NCBI GenBank assembly: GCA_035084275.1
Contig: CM068751.1
Span: 10,788,001-10,852,000, forward strand
Direction of reading: 5' to 3'
DNA: 64,000 nt
Source: Hydrolagus colliei
Lineage: Eukaryota
Position 1 is the first letter of the stretch. Each line of letters opens with the position of its first letter. The position numbers were made by a program, and so were the translations under genes. Of the stretch, positions 38,966 to 51,505 are shown piece by piece. The notes below the pieces were generated by a model. It was not told the DNA's origin and ran no database searches. It saw only the letters and a program-made list of their open reading frames with translations.

Positions 38966-39330
38966 GAGTCCTGTAGCTCAGTGGTTAGAAGTCACTGTCG
39001 TGCCAGTGACTTCCAAGTGTCATTCGATTCCCGGGCAAGGCGAAACTCAAGACAAGTTTCCTTGCTCCACATACCTCTGTGTACCCATCGGTAAGTAGGA
39101 ACTCAGATGTCAGGAACTCGATTGGTGGATCGCTATCCGGAGATAATAATAAAAAAGAATAATAATGATTTGGTCACTCAATTCACAACTGTTTGCGGGG
39201 ACACTGCTGTGTGCAATTGGCTGCCACATTTCACCCATAAAGTGTACAGTCAATTCACTTTACAGTATATTCTGTGAAGTGGTTTGAGACGTCTCGAAGA
39301 CATGTTAAGGTGCTACACCAAATGCAAAGA
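38966..39330 (+). mobile_element. tRNA-derived SINE, long subfamily, altered head
   Basis: A box, the long block ctctgtgtacccatcggtaagtaggaac, body and tail. Confidence 0.88.
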
Positions 39331-40742
39331 CTAATGATTAGTAATATCAGGTTATTAATATCAATATCCCTGCTGCATTTATTTGTGTGTACTCTGTTAT
39401 AATGGGATTCCACCATGTTAGTATTTGTTTCCATGTTACAGGCATGAGCCTGATACCAGGGAAACAGTGACTGCCCAAAATCTGCTGACAATCTGAGAGT
39501 TAACGTATTGAAACGGAGGGAAAATTAGCAAATAATTCAGCTCTGAGCAAACTAGTGCTTCCTTTGTCCTCTGAAAAGCCAATGATGGGTATCAGTGTTT
39601 GCTGTCTCCTAGCCTTAACCGAGACAGGTTTTAAATTTATAGTGATGGGAAAAAAAAATACATTTGACATGAATTCACTTGGAAGCAAAGCAGCCAGTTA
39701 TTGTATAACATTATATATGGCTACATTTTCCCTATTAGAGTCACAGTTTGGGAAAATATGTGACATATTTAATTGACCCAGTGAGCGTTTTCGAAAATGC
39801 TATTTTTGTGCCAGCAATTAAGTACTTGTGGTTATAAAAATAACTGTCTCTTATAGTCACATCTTCAGAATACAGTATATGGATTTAAAGTAGTTTGAAC
39901 CAATGGTGCTATCGTTCACTTACATAGGAAGGTATAACTGAGACGGGGAATATTTATAAATATATGTACAAACAGGTACTTTGTCTATGTACTGACTTCT
40001 CTCTTGTGTGTCACAGATAGAAGAACGAAACAGCAAAGAGGATTATTTTGAAATTTAAACAGCAGCTAAGAAATTAATACTCTTCCAAACAAACATTCAA
40101 AGTGATGTAAACCCTCTATTTTAAAAAGGATGGTGCATATCTGTTGGAAGTTCAGATGTTGCTTTGAGCCGAGAAACGGAGAGTGATGGTGGATTATGAG
40201 TGCTGGATTTACAAATGCTGGCTTCCTTTAAGTGTGCTTTCAAGCTAAATTCCCATGTTCTCCAACCTTTGGAGCTGCCAAAACATATTAGACAATAAGA
40301 AGGATGTTGCATGATTTCTCAGTCATTTTAGTTCTGTTGTCGAACACTTCCCCTGGCTTCTCATCTGGGCAGCAAGATGGGGCAGTGCCAGGTTCCTGAA
40401 GATGAAAGGGATGGTTATACTGTGTTGGGAATTAGGATGAATTAATTTTAATAAAGGCAGTGATATTGGGCAACACATTGGACCGAGAAATCCTCAGTGA
40501 TTATTGTAAATGCTTTAGAATTAAAGTAAAGAAGTTTGACCTAATTAGGACGACATCTAAATGGGTTTGCAATGGGAGTCCTTTAGTTGTACTCACCTCA
40601 AAATCACTGGTTTTGTTGCTACCTGGTGACCCAAAGTTTACTTCTAAACTATGTGACACAGTAAATTGCCAGGCCAACTGAGGCTAGGCTACACCAGTAG
40701 AGTACAGTTAGATCTGCCAATTCCAGTCAGAAACATTTGTTG

Positions 40743-40915
40743 AAGCAAAATGCAAAAAACACTGCAGATGCTGGAAATCTGAAACAAAATCAGAAATGGC
40801 TGGGAACACTCATCAGGTCAGGCAGCATCTACGGAGAGAGGAAACGTTGACTCACTTTTCCTCTCTCCGTAGATCCTGCCTGACCTGATGAGTGTTCCCA
40901 GCCATTTCTGCTTTG
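40743..40915. mobile_element. Penelope-like terminal-repeat fragments in inverted orientation, forming a 54-bp hairpin
   Basis: Arms 40791-40844 and 40857-40910 are reverse complements at 53/54. The sequence ctgcagatgctggaaatctgaaac...caggtcaggcagcatct resembles a common chondrichthyan Penelope-type end. The family call is from memory. Confidence 0.7.
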
Positions 40916-40924
40916 GCTACATAT

Positions 40925-41150
40925 GTTTTGAAGGTTGTAAAGGACAGTTCGAGACGGGAAATATTTCTTTAAATACAGAATAATTAACAACCGGGACAGA
41001 TTACCAGCAGTGGTGAGTGGTTGAGGCCTGCTCGCTGAACTCAGTTAAGAATCAGCCTGATGGTATGATAGGAATACGGCCGAGTTGGCATTCTGGAAGG
41101 TTGAGATCAAATGGGCTGAATGACTTTCTTCACTTGAACTTCTCCTGTGA
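40925..41150 (+). mobile_element. Degraded CR1 3' end
   Basis: aatatttcttt...acagattaccagcag...gtggttgaggc...aactcagttaagaatcagcctgat...atgggctgaatgactttctt. Confidence 0.5.
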
Positions 41151-41555
41151 TTGCATGGCACGGAAAATAAATCTGTACCTCAATTTACAGCCACTCATTC
41201 TTAGAGGTCAACTCAAGTGATTCAGGCCATAATCTTAAGATTTCCACAGCTCATGGCATTTTGGTTGGTTTTGCTGATGCAGAGAACAGCAGGAAAATAA
41301 AGATGACTGTTATAGATTAGTTGAATTAGGACAACAAAATCAAGACCCAACTTAAAATATGTTATTGATTGAAATGCACTTACGGATTTGATTGAAGTTT
41401 ACAAGAGATACATTAACACGTGATCATTGGTGAAAACTAATGGTCCTATGGGTTGAGAAGAACCCCTGAAACATTTGTTAAAGTCAGTGAAAAACACGTA
41501 AAATACAGGGATACATATATCTATATAAATCGAAGTTATTGTTATCTATACAGTA

Positions 41556-42372
41556 CAGGTATCCCTCCCCATCCGCAGGGGATACGTTCCCCTAAACCTC
41601 CGTGGTTGGTAAAATCGCGGTTGGAAAATGCAGGGCCCTATGGCAAACATGGGGATAAGGGAAGTAAGTATGTGTTTAGTAAAACTAAACACAAAAGAAA
41701 CACATACAGTTATAAAATACCTGGGGATAGGGGGAGTAAGTTTGGGCGCATCTGCAGCCATCCGTGAGGCTGTCTGACTGACTAATCTACACAGAGAGAG
41801 AGAGAGAGAGAAATCATGGTGGGTGGCATGGAGGGTGGGGGGTTGGGGGGTGTGTGCAGAAGGTGATGTGGTTGACATGGAGAGTGGGGGGGTGGTTGAC
41901 ATGGAGGGTGAGGAGGGGGTTGACACGGAGGGTGGAGTGTGGGTGGCACAGAGGGTGGTGGGGGGTGGTGTGCAGGATGTGGTGTGGTGGATGACACGGA
42001 GGGTGGGGGGTGGTGGGCGACATGGAGGGTGGGGGTGGGTGGATGACATGGAGGGTGGGGGGAGAGGATGTGCAGAAGGTGGTGTGGTGGGTGACATGCT
42101 GATAGGGGCAGTAAGTTTGGGAACATTGGCTGCCAAGATCTGCAGACACAGAGAGACACAGACACAGAGAGAGAAATCAACGGAGATTTACCTTAATCCT
42201 AAGAGAGAAGTGCTGTCGCTGATTGACAACACTTCTTGGCAACATAGCAACTGGGTCCTAGTGCTATACGCTAGCTGTTGGCACACACACAGTACCCAAA
42301 GATCCACGAGTGCAGCTAGACCACGTTGGGTAGTAAAGATGTTGATAGGTGGGAAACATGGAGGGGATGTAT
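41556..42372. mobile_element. Tigger-like element with an internal G-rich minisatellite; right end degenerate
   Basis: The left end TA-CAGGTATCCCTCCCCATCCGCAGGGGATACGTTCC resembles Tigger/MER2-type termini. The right end near catggaggggatgtata is only a weak match. Confidence 0.55.
41815..42100 (+). repeat. G-rich minisatellite, unit about GACATGGAGGGTGGGGGGTGGT
   Basis: Repeated gacatggagggtg/gacacggagggtg units. It explains the low-complexity Pro/His and Gly/Val ORFs. Confidence 0.85.
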
Positions 42373-45300
42373 ATACTCACTGTGCAATCATACAAGGTAC
42401 AGTTATTACAATCCATATGACCAGTCCCAAAGTTAAGAAATCAAGCGTTAATTTTCATAACTCTCAATCAATTGATAATCATGATCTAATTCTCTATTGA
42501 AATTGTTGTCCCAGTCTGCGCACACATTGGACAGGCCATTTTACACATTCACTGATCAGAGTAAACTAATTACTGTATATGTTTCACCCACAAAATATAC
42601 AGTCAGTTCACTTTATGGTATATTCTGTGAAGTGCTTTGAGACATCTTGAAGACATAATAAGGCGCTATATCAAATACAAGGATTGTTAATAATTAAGAA
42701 GGATTGGTTTACATTAAAGAGCTATTTGGGGAGAATTTTAGATTTGAGATACAAAAACCCTATTGGTTGTTCCAGGTTTTTTTTTCCCTTTCAATTCTAG
42801 GAACAAAAGTTGGAAGAAATTACAAATGACCATATGATGTTCTTTGGAAATTAATTAAATTAAATTGAAGAAATCTGGAAATACACAATCTAGTTTTGTT
42901 GGGCAAATTAGGAAAATTATTGTTATTCATGTGCATGCTCTGAATGGTTTTCTGATGAAGATTATATCATCTCTTGGTTTTGGTCATAAATATCCACATA
43001 GTAAAGAAGACAAGATTAGTTGCCCGAACATTAACTAATTTTGCTTGTATTAATACATTCAGGTGGGGCTACAAGATCCCTAAAATAGTTCTGAAAGTAC
43101 TTTAGTGGTGAGACTATGTTCGTTGGATGCAGCTTTAGGAAGGAGAGTGAAGGCTTTTTATTTCCAGTTGCAAATCTTATTGTCGGATCTTCCACTCTAC
43201 AAGGATATACTTCCTGGCTGAGTCAACTCGACAACGGAATCAAATGTAATCCTGTAACATGTCCTATCTCACAAACCATAATCCCTTTTTGAAAGACCTG
43301 GAGAACAAGCGAATAGGGATTTAATAAGTCCTTGCTTGTGTGAAAAGACTTTATTACAATGGTGGAGTTTTTTCACCCCAACTGCATATTAACACTGAGA
43401 GTTGACTTGACATTTTAATTAATGTTCTTCGAGGGCAGGTACAAATGAAAGTATTTAGGAGGATGATAGCTGATTTTCCTGTTGTCTTAAAAGAGCTAAA
43501 GGATAACAAAGCAATGAGGATGAGAGCGATAGCTTCAGGAAACACACAAGATTTGCTGGATACACTCTGATCAATTTATAGAGATTTTCTCAAAAGATGT
43601 GATTCATAACTATCCTGATTCAGACAATATAATAGTCAACTCCTTTTTTTAAAAAAAACAATAAGGGCATTGGCTTGCTGGTGCTTTACAGTTGAAAAGA
43701 ATAGAAAAACAGCAACAATAGTGCCTGTCATTGTAAAAAAAATACTAAAACAATCTGATTTTATTTTGTTTTTACAATCACAGGCTTTATATCCCTTTCA
43801 AACTAATGTTTTGCCTTTTGGAAACAATCAAACCTGTTGAAATTGATGAGACTTTCAGGAACAATTTGACTCTCATCGATCCTAATGCAAGGTGTTTTCA
43901 TGCAAAAAAAAAGAAGTTTGGGCAACCGAGCAACAGGGTCATTCCAGGTGGAGGTGTTAAAATGTACTTCCTACTTTGTAGCTTTTACCGACCTGGTTTG
44001 AGAATGGTTTACCCAAGGGCCTCACGATTCATGGGTCTTCCTGTCCCACTGCCTCAGATGTACCCCAGGTTTTTCTTTCCTTCAAAAGTTTAGTGTTTTT
44101 TTAATGTTAATTCTGAGGGTTTTTCTTTAACGCCAGAGCACCCATTTCTTCAACCCAAGCGATGGCTTTCGCTGCCAGCAAAGCACATCTCGTTTGCCGT
44201 TCGTTTCCAGGATTGAAATGAAACGTTGAGTTGACTGTCCACGGGTTTGTGTGGATTGTATTATGTTATATAAGCAGTCAGATGTTTACCCAGCAAACAT
44301 TTAATGCTGAAACCAACCCAACTGTGTGCTGTAAACCACTCGGGCATCTCACTGAACTGAACAAGAACTGGCACCTTGTCATTTTTCCAGACTGGAGGCA
44401 TGACGAAGCATCGATGTGCCAAAAAAAAAAAAAAAAAATCAAAAGCAACTGAGATAACTGCTGTGAACAGCACTAAGCTCAACCTGCCCAAAGCTCCATT
44501 ATGGCTATGACAGTTAAGAGCCACTACTGAATGAATAGCATTTAAAGCAGCATTATCCATGGCTGAAGGACAATTCAATCCTTTGAAATGATTCATTACA
44601 TTGTACTGTAATTTACTCGGATTTCCTGCCGTGCCATTTGGGCAAGTGTTGTTCTCAATAGACGACTGTCATTCGTAAAACGACAATTTTCGCCATGTTC
44701 CGGGGTAATTGTGGAGAGAGATAACACAGTGTTGCTGTCAGTTTCGGTGTTGCAGACTCGGGGTTTATTGCCCTTCGAATTGTTACCGAAGTACCAACTC
44801 ACTTTGGTGTCAAAAGTCGTAGAAACATGAGGAAAGGTGGACTGATGTACGGTTGTTTGGACACTCAGCATCTTCCATTCGAAGACCATCCAAAATCTCT
44901 ACCCGATCGTGTGTCCGTCCACTTCATCTCATCTGTCCTCCTCTTAAGGAAGTGTATTTTTAATAATAATCCTCGCATTTGATAAAGCACCGAATCATGT
45001 TGTCAAAATGACTTGAAAGTGCTTCGCACGATTTATTGTAAACTGTAGTCACTATGTATTTTGCACATACAATACAGCAGCCAATTTGGTCTCCCCAACA
45101 AAATAAAATCTATAAAAGCTGGTAGTTTCCTTCATAACTGTGTTATTCTTATGCAAATATCATTCACAGCCTCAATAGGATTATGAACAGTAACGAGTTT
45201 TATGCTTCTACTAATTATGCATGTTGACTACCTTGTGTTGGTGTAACAGCTAAAGATTTATAATGTTTTACAGTGTAATAACATTAGCAAATCTTTCCTT

Positions 45301-45795
45301 CTTTATGTCCAGATGTGAAATGTAGCTAGGAAATGAGATTTTGTATGAAAATTGTATGAAATTGGACGGAAACCAAATCAATGACTATTTAAAATTTAAT
45401 GCAGTCCTAGGAAATTCGAAGCGTACTTTGGAACTGATTGAACCAAGCCCAATTTTGAAACCAGGCAACATTTGGACAGTTAAAATCAAATGTTGTGAAT
45501 AAACTTTGGAATGCTTTGTGGGGTGGGTTGAATATTATTGTGTTTATTCATGGAGGGGATGAGTGCATGTTTGACCAGTGGTGGAGGGGTGCCGAGATGT
45601 GGGTGGGAGTTTGGGGTAGTGGGGTGGGGTGGGGGGAGAAGAGCAGGAGGAAAAGAGATGCATCAAAGAAGGTACTTTCATTGTTAATGGTTTTATAGAG
45701 CTGCAGATAGTACTTCGAGGATTATTACCATGTCAAGTGAGTGACCAATTTTGAAGGTTCAGTTTTAAACTTGAATCTGAGAAATAATAATATTC

Positions 45796-46072
45796 ATAAT
45801 CCTTGCATTTGATATTGCGTCTTATTGCGTTGTTGAGACGTCTCAAAGCACTCTACGGAATATACTATAAAGTGTAGTGACTGTATTTTCAGAGCACAAC
45901 TCAGCAGCCAATTGTCCCACAAACAGTTCTACATTGAGTGACCAAATTATTATTATTATTAGTTTTGGAGGGATTATTACACCCGGAAAAGCGATCTGTC
46001 AATCGACTCAGAACTGGGTTCCTACTTACAGCCAGGTAAACAGAGACATGTGTGTGGAGTAAGGAACCTTGC
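45796..46072 (-). mobile_element. SINE, long subfamily, head missing
   Basis: gttcctacttacagccaggtaaacagag block on the antisense strand. Confidence 0.85.
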
Positions 46073-46645
46073 TTACGGTGATATCAGTACTCTAGACACT
46101 TTTTAAAACGAAAGGTGGATGCTGTTGTTGTAAAGGTGTTAGGGTGGGTATTCTGAAAGGATGGGATGGTGTGATTTGAAAGGCCTTCTTTATATGAACT
46201 GGTCTTTTGATCATTCAATGTTCCACAATGAACTGTGTTTTTTTTAGGAAAATACACGACAAAAGGATTTCTCAGTAAACGTGAGAGAGCCGTGGCATAA
46301 TTGCTGATCTTGCATTGAAGTCACTGAGTTGAAGGAGGCACATTGAGCGGCCAAAGGAAAAAAAAAGCTCAAAACTCAATATCGTGTTTCATTACACTGA
46401 AGTCTTGATGGATGGGAGTAATTTCAAGTTTGAGTCTTGTCAGTGGGTTTCAGTGATTGTATTAAGCATCTGAGTATTTTAAGTCCTGTCCTAAACCCCC
46501 TTTAGTGAAATAAGTGTAGCTGCTATGTATTGGGTGAATACACACACATACATTTGTGCTTAATCCAAGTAAATAGAGCTGATTTCTCTCTTCACGTACT
46601 TTAAGAATGTTCCTGAATTTCTTTTCCTTAAACTCAGAAACCCAA

Positions 46646-47003
46646 TAATAATTTGGTCACTGAATCCACGATGCTGGCTGCCTCATTTTGCCCACAAATA
46701 ATAATAGTAGTATAATAATCCTTGCATTTGATATAGCGCTTTTCACATCTTATCGATGTCTCAAAGCGCTTCACAGAATATACTGTAAAGTGAATTGACT
46801 GTATATTTGTGGGCGACGTAGTTTTCACAACTGGGTGAGAATTTGTACAAATATACTGTCAATTCACTTTACAGTATATTCTGTGAAGCGCTTTGAGACG
46901 TTTTGAAGAAGTGAAAAGTGCTTTATCAAATGTAAGAGATTTTGTTGGTTTTGGAGGGATTATTACCTCCGGAAAACCAATCTGCCAATCGACTCGCAAC
47001 CGG
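46646..47003. mobile_element. Scrambled cluster of four SINE fragments in alternating orientation
   Basis: Plus 46646-46700, minus 46710-46815, plus 46847-46940, minus 46950-47003. Confidence 0.8.
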
Positions 47004-47697
47004 ACCACATTTTAAAGAGGTTTTATTTAAACAGGAAAAATGTACCGCCGTACTTCAGACTGAAGGCAATGATTCTGACCTGTCTGGAAGACACTCCAGG
47101 AAGGAATGGAACACCTTATTAGATTTCTGTGTAAAGACAATACGTGGCTCAGAACTGTGAAACAAAGGATTTTGGTGTGTGTGTGAAAGATACTGCAATT
47201 TGCAATCGGTTAAGATGGAATTCGAATCCCATTTCAGTATCAAAGATTGTCAAGCCGCATTTGATTGTTAATCAATGCATATAACGCGCAAAATGAATTC
47301 CCCATCTGCCGTAAATCTTTCAGCCTTAATACCACACACCACTGACAGTATTCCAGCTTAGCAAGGTCAACAAACGAAAAGAAAAAAGCCAAAATCTTGG
47401 GTCAGTGAGTGACACTAATATTATTGGGTTATGCTGATGCAGAATTCAACCTCCTCTCCAGCACATCACAAAGAGCCAGCAATCCAGCTGCAAATTGGAG
47501 TCCCCTTTTGATTGAATTCTTCTTTTCTATTCAGGTGAAGTGTTTTTTGATTGTGCGTTCAGTGGTAATCCCTTGAGAATGAAATTGTGTGACAGCCAAG
47601 ATGTGTCTATGACTGATTTCCTTCACGTACAAGTGAACTGAGAGGCTACACCATTCCCCTAGTGCTTTTGGTAGCATTTATTATAGTCTGTGTGCGT

Positions 47698-47750
47698 GGG
47701 GGGGGGGGGGGGGGGCGCGGGTGAGGGGGGGGGGGGGGGGGTGGAGGGGG
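47698..47750 (+). repeat. Poly-G tracts (G-quadruplex-capable)
   Basis: Two G runs of more than 15 nt plus shorter GGG runs. Confidence 0.85.
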
Positions 47751-48579
47751 AACATTTGACAGGTTCATTTAGATTCCATTAACAGTAGGGAAACAAAGAT
47801 GCACTTTTAATCTTTCTTCAGTCTGCAACAATTTCTCATAGTATTGTTATTAGCAAAAAAAAATAGACTGGTGTATTTATATGGTTGGAGTAGCCACAAA
47901 TGAAGTTTACTGCAGAAATAATCTAGATGCATGGATATTATTGAGGAGTTTGACATTTTTCTGCAGGCTTTATTTTTGAAATGCGCACTATTAATTTTTC
48001 GTATCTATTTCAGCAGTCCAATATTTTATGTCTTGGCTGCGCTGTATCCGAGCAGTTGATGGGCTTACACTTTTGCATGACTTGACTAGTCGTCAATGAT
48101 CTTAATCTCACCATGGAATATTCAGAATTTCATTCAAACTATATTGAATTTCTGAACGATCTTGCTTTCCAATTAAATGGTTCTGAAGCGCTGAAGTGTT
48201 TAGGACAGGCAAATCAAAATCTAAAGCCTGATAAGAATTAGAATCCCTTTGTTATTAAATAAACACGGAACTAAATAAACTATTAAGCAACCATTGACTT
48301 CTTGAACTGCCAGAATTATATACATTTACTTCAACAGTTTATATAAGTTTATATATCTGATGGTGCATTGTATTTCGCTTGCAGTAGAACCCAGCTGACC
48401 AATAAATAAATAAATTTCTCGCTATAGATGCATAAAACTTCCATTTCCATTTTGTACTGAACATTTTGTACTTTGCACAGATGGTTTGCTGACAAATTAA
48501 TCACACTGTGTCAGTGACTGTACCGGGCTGTGTGACAAATGTCTATTCTGGGCTTCCCAAATGATTCACGTCCAACGTA

Positions 48580-48792
48580 AAACTGAGCAACGCAGAACTA
48601 GAAGGTCCCAGGTTAGCCCCTGGTTTCTGCTGATCTCAGTTGGGTTGACAGCATTCTGCAATTGCTTGGACAACAGAGGGGTGCAAATATACTGCTCCTT
48701 CAGGTTTTGATTGCTAAAGTAAGAACCACTGGAAACTATACACCTTGTCAATTTTGGCCAACGATCAGGTTAGATTAGATTTAGCTGTGATT
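48580..48792 (+). mobile_element. LmeSINE1c-like relic
   Basis: gaaggtcccaggttagcccctggt...gctgatctcagttggg...caattg...ctggaaa...tagctgtgat. Confidence 0.45.
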
Positions 48793-48939
48793 GTGATCAA
48801 CAATCCATACAGATAAAGGCGAGGTAACTGCAAATAGGAAGCAAAATAGGAAACACTTGTATTGGAAAGGATAGAAGTTGCCAGTGGGGTTGCGGGAGGG
48901 GTGGTGGGGTCATGGGGATGCAGGATTGATGTTGAAAGA

Positions 48940-49530
48940 GAGAGAGCTGGGGGTGTTAGTTTGACTCATTACTCATCATGTCAAAACAGTCCGAGAGGCA
49001 GCAATAAACATGATAAACAGGAGGCTAGACTGTGTTACTAAATCAGTTGGGTTCTGATGCCCAGAAGTAACACTCAGCCTGTACATTACTCTGGTCAGAC
49101 TGCACCTAGCGAACTGCACTCACTCAGGTCTATGTGATATAAGGGATTGCCTAATTACTGGAGATGTGCACTGAGGATTATCACCAGCGGCTAGATTGAT
49201 GAGCTCAAAACAACGCCTAGACAAACTCAAGACTCTTCAGTCTAAACAAAGAGACATGTCAGGGGAGACCCTATGGGGGGAATCAACTGTAAGATTTTTC
49301 AATATGATCATATGAGAAACGGCGGAAATGGAGAGAACACAGAGCAAAAAGGACTTAGGGGTGAGAAAGGCAATTTCAGGCCATCAGGAAATATTTATTT
49401 ACCCAGAGGGTGATTATCAACTGGAACAGGTTACGGGGGAGGCATTTCAGGCTCTAAATGCAGGACAATAGGGTGGATATATTGGAAGGATGAGATCAAA
49501 TAGCTCAAATTCCAGTCTTCGTGCAAATCT
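48940..49530 (+). mobile_element. Highly degraded CR1 fragment
   Basis: Remnants of CR1 ORF2 C-terminal sequence: ctgggggtgttagtttgac, ctggtcagactgcacctag (LVRLHL) and tatttacccagagggtgattatcaactggaacagg. Confidence 0.6.
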
Positions 49531-49602
49531 CTGTTGAGATCTTATAATCATTGTCTCGGTTCACATCCGGAACTACACTTAAGCGCAAGTATAATATAAG
49601 AA

Positions 49603-49882
49603 CAATAATCCTTTCATTTGATAAAGTGCCTTATCATGTCTTTGAGATGTATCAAAGTGCTTCATAGAACATACCGTAAAGCGAATTGACTGAATATTTT
49701 ATTGGGCGAAACACAGCAGCCAATTGCGCACAGCGGTGTCCCACAAACAGTTCTGGATTGAGTGACCAAATTATTATTATTTTTTGAAGGGATTATTACC
49801 CCCAGAAAAGCTATCTGCCAATTTACTTATTTAGTTCCTACTTACTGCTAGATAAACAGAGGCATGTGAAATTAGGAAACTT
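49603..49882 (-). mobile_element. SINE, long subfamily, head missing
   Basis: agttcctacttactgctagataaacagaggc block. Confidence 0.87.
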
Positions 49883-51204
49883 GATTGTGATTAGCTATTT
49901 CTTTTTCAAGGTTTAACTTTTTTTAAAAAAAACTCTCAATTTTACTTCTGATGCTAATGATTTGAAGGTTTTGTTTCAATGGAGTACAGTACTAAGAATG
50001 CATTCAATCAACGCTATTAAATTTGGTTTGCATTCAACACTTTTTTGCAATGGAAGGTTTTGTATTCACAATCAGTTTGTTATATAAATTAACAATTTGT
50101 TTTGAGAAGTCTTGTGTTGTATTGCAGCAAACGAATCCGCCAGAAAACGTAATAGATTTTAGTTTGGCAGCATGTACATTTATGATTGATTGCAACAACA
50201 ACAACAACAACTTGCATTGACACAGCAGTCCTCATGCAAGGTAACGTCTTAAGAGAGCTTGAAACAACCGGGGGGGGAGAGGGATGTCTTCAGGCACGAC
50301 CATGAGTGCATCATGGATGTCACCGGGCTATTTAACCACAAGCAATTGTCATTTCAACAAAGGCCGATAATGTCCTTATCCTATAATCACAATTTCTAAC
50401 AGTAGAAGGCAATTCAGGGCAGAAACACTGGAGACAAATCAGTCTGACACCCCATTGTCAACCTGAGTGTGTGTCTCCCCCACCCCGCCAATCATACAAT
50501 ATGTATACACAGTTATAAATCGGTACATCTTTGTGAAAATTTCCTTAGTTCTTTGTGGGGTGCGGGGGCTAAACCAAATAGGAAATTGATTTTGTGATCC
50601 AGCCAATTCTTCTTCCACTCTATGTCTGGGCTAATATAGATGCTTTTATTGTCCATAAATATATATTTTGTTTGAAAATAACACCGGTGTTTTTGCAATT
50701 TTAAGGTTATTTGGCACATTCTTTGTCCTCCGTACTATCAATTCCAAAGAAATTTCTGGAAATATTATACATCTTTCACTTTTATAAACTAGGGAATTCG
50801 CCCACAAAATGCACAGTGAATCCACTTTGCTGTTTATCCCATGCAACGCTTTGAGACGTCTCATTGATACGATAAAGTGCTATATCAAGAATTATTATTT
50901 AATTATAACAACGACGACAACAAAATTACATTTGCATGGCGCCTTTCACATCGGGAGGACGTCCCAAGGTGCCGGAAAGTCTTACTGATTGAAATGGAGC
51001 TGTCCGTACCTGGGAATATTCTATGGGGGGGGGGGAGAAATGGTGTTGAAAAGGTCAGCAGAATTAAACAGGTGGGTTTGAGAGAGAAGGCAGCTATATC
51101 TTAATGCAGATCAATTTAAGCCAATCCATATTGGAAGAAGTAACAGTTGTGGACAGTGGAGGGAAGCCCATTAGCAGAGGTGGTGAAAAGAGAAGGATGT
51201 GGGT

Positions 51205-51505
51205 GTGATTATTGATTATTGACTGAGGTTTTTCAGTCAAAGTGAAGTTAATAGAGCCAGTCTAATATGACATCCCAAAGTCATATTTCAAGTTGAAAGC
51301 AGTGATTCTCACTTTCGATCACTGGTGAGACACATTTGGAATATGGCTTGCAGCTTTAGGCACCCTACCATCAAAAGATCATTGAAGCGTTAAGACAGTT
51401 CTTCGGAGAAAAGCCACATTTTAGAGTTTTAAATTATAAAAAGAAGCTGAAGAAACGGGAGCTGAAGAAATAACACTGAGGTTTATAATCCAGTTGTTTA
51501 ATAAT
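51205..51505 (+). mobile_element. Highly degraded CR1 fragment
   Basis: cactggtgagacacatttggaatatggcttgcagctttaggcaccctacc corresponds to a LVRPHLEY..QFWAPY remnant. Confidence 0.5.

Noticed and set aside
40880-40895. CTGATGAG as a hammerhead ribozyme core
   Set aside because: No correctly placed downstream GAAA or cleavage-site helices; the motif sits within a long hairpin arm.
41546-42500. 196-aa and 225-aa low-complexity ORFs
   Set aside because: They derive from the G-rich tandem array.
47505-47545. Pyrimidine tract plus CAG/GTGAAG as a recursive splice site
   Set aside because: The regenerated donor is weak and such motifs are expected by chance in 64 kb.
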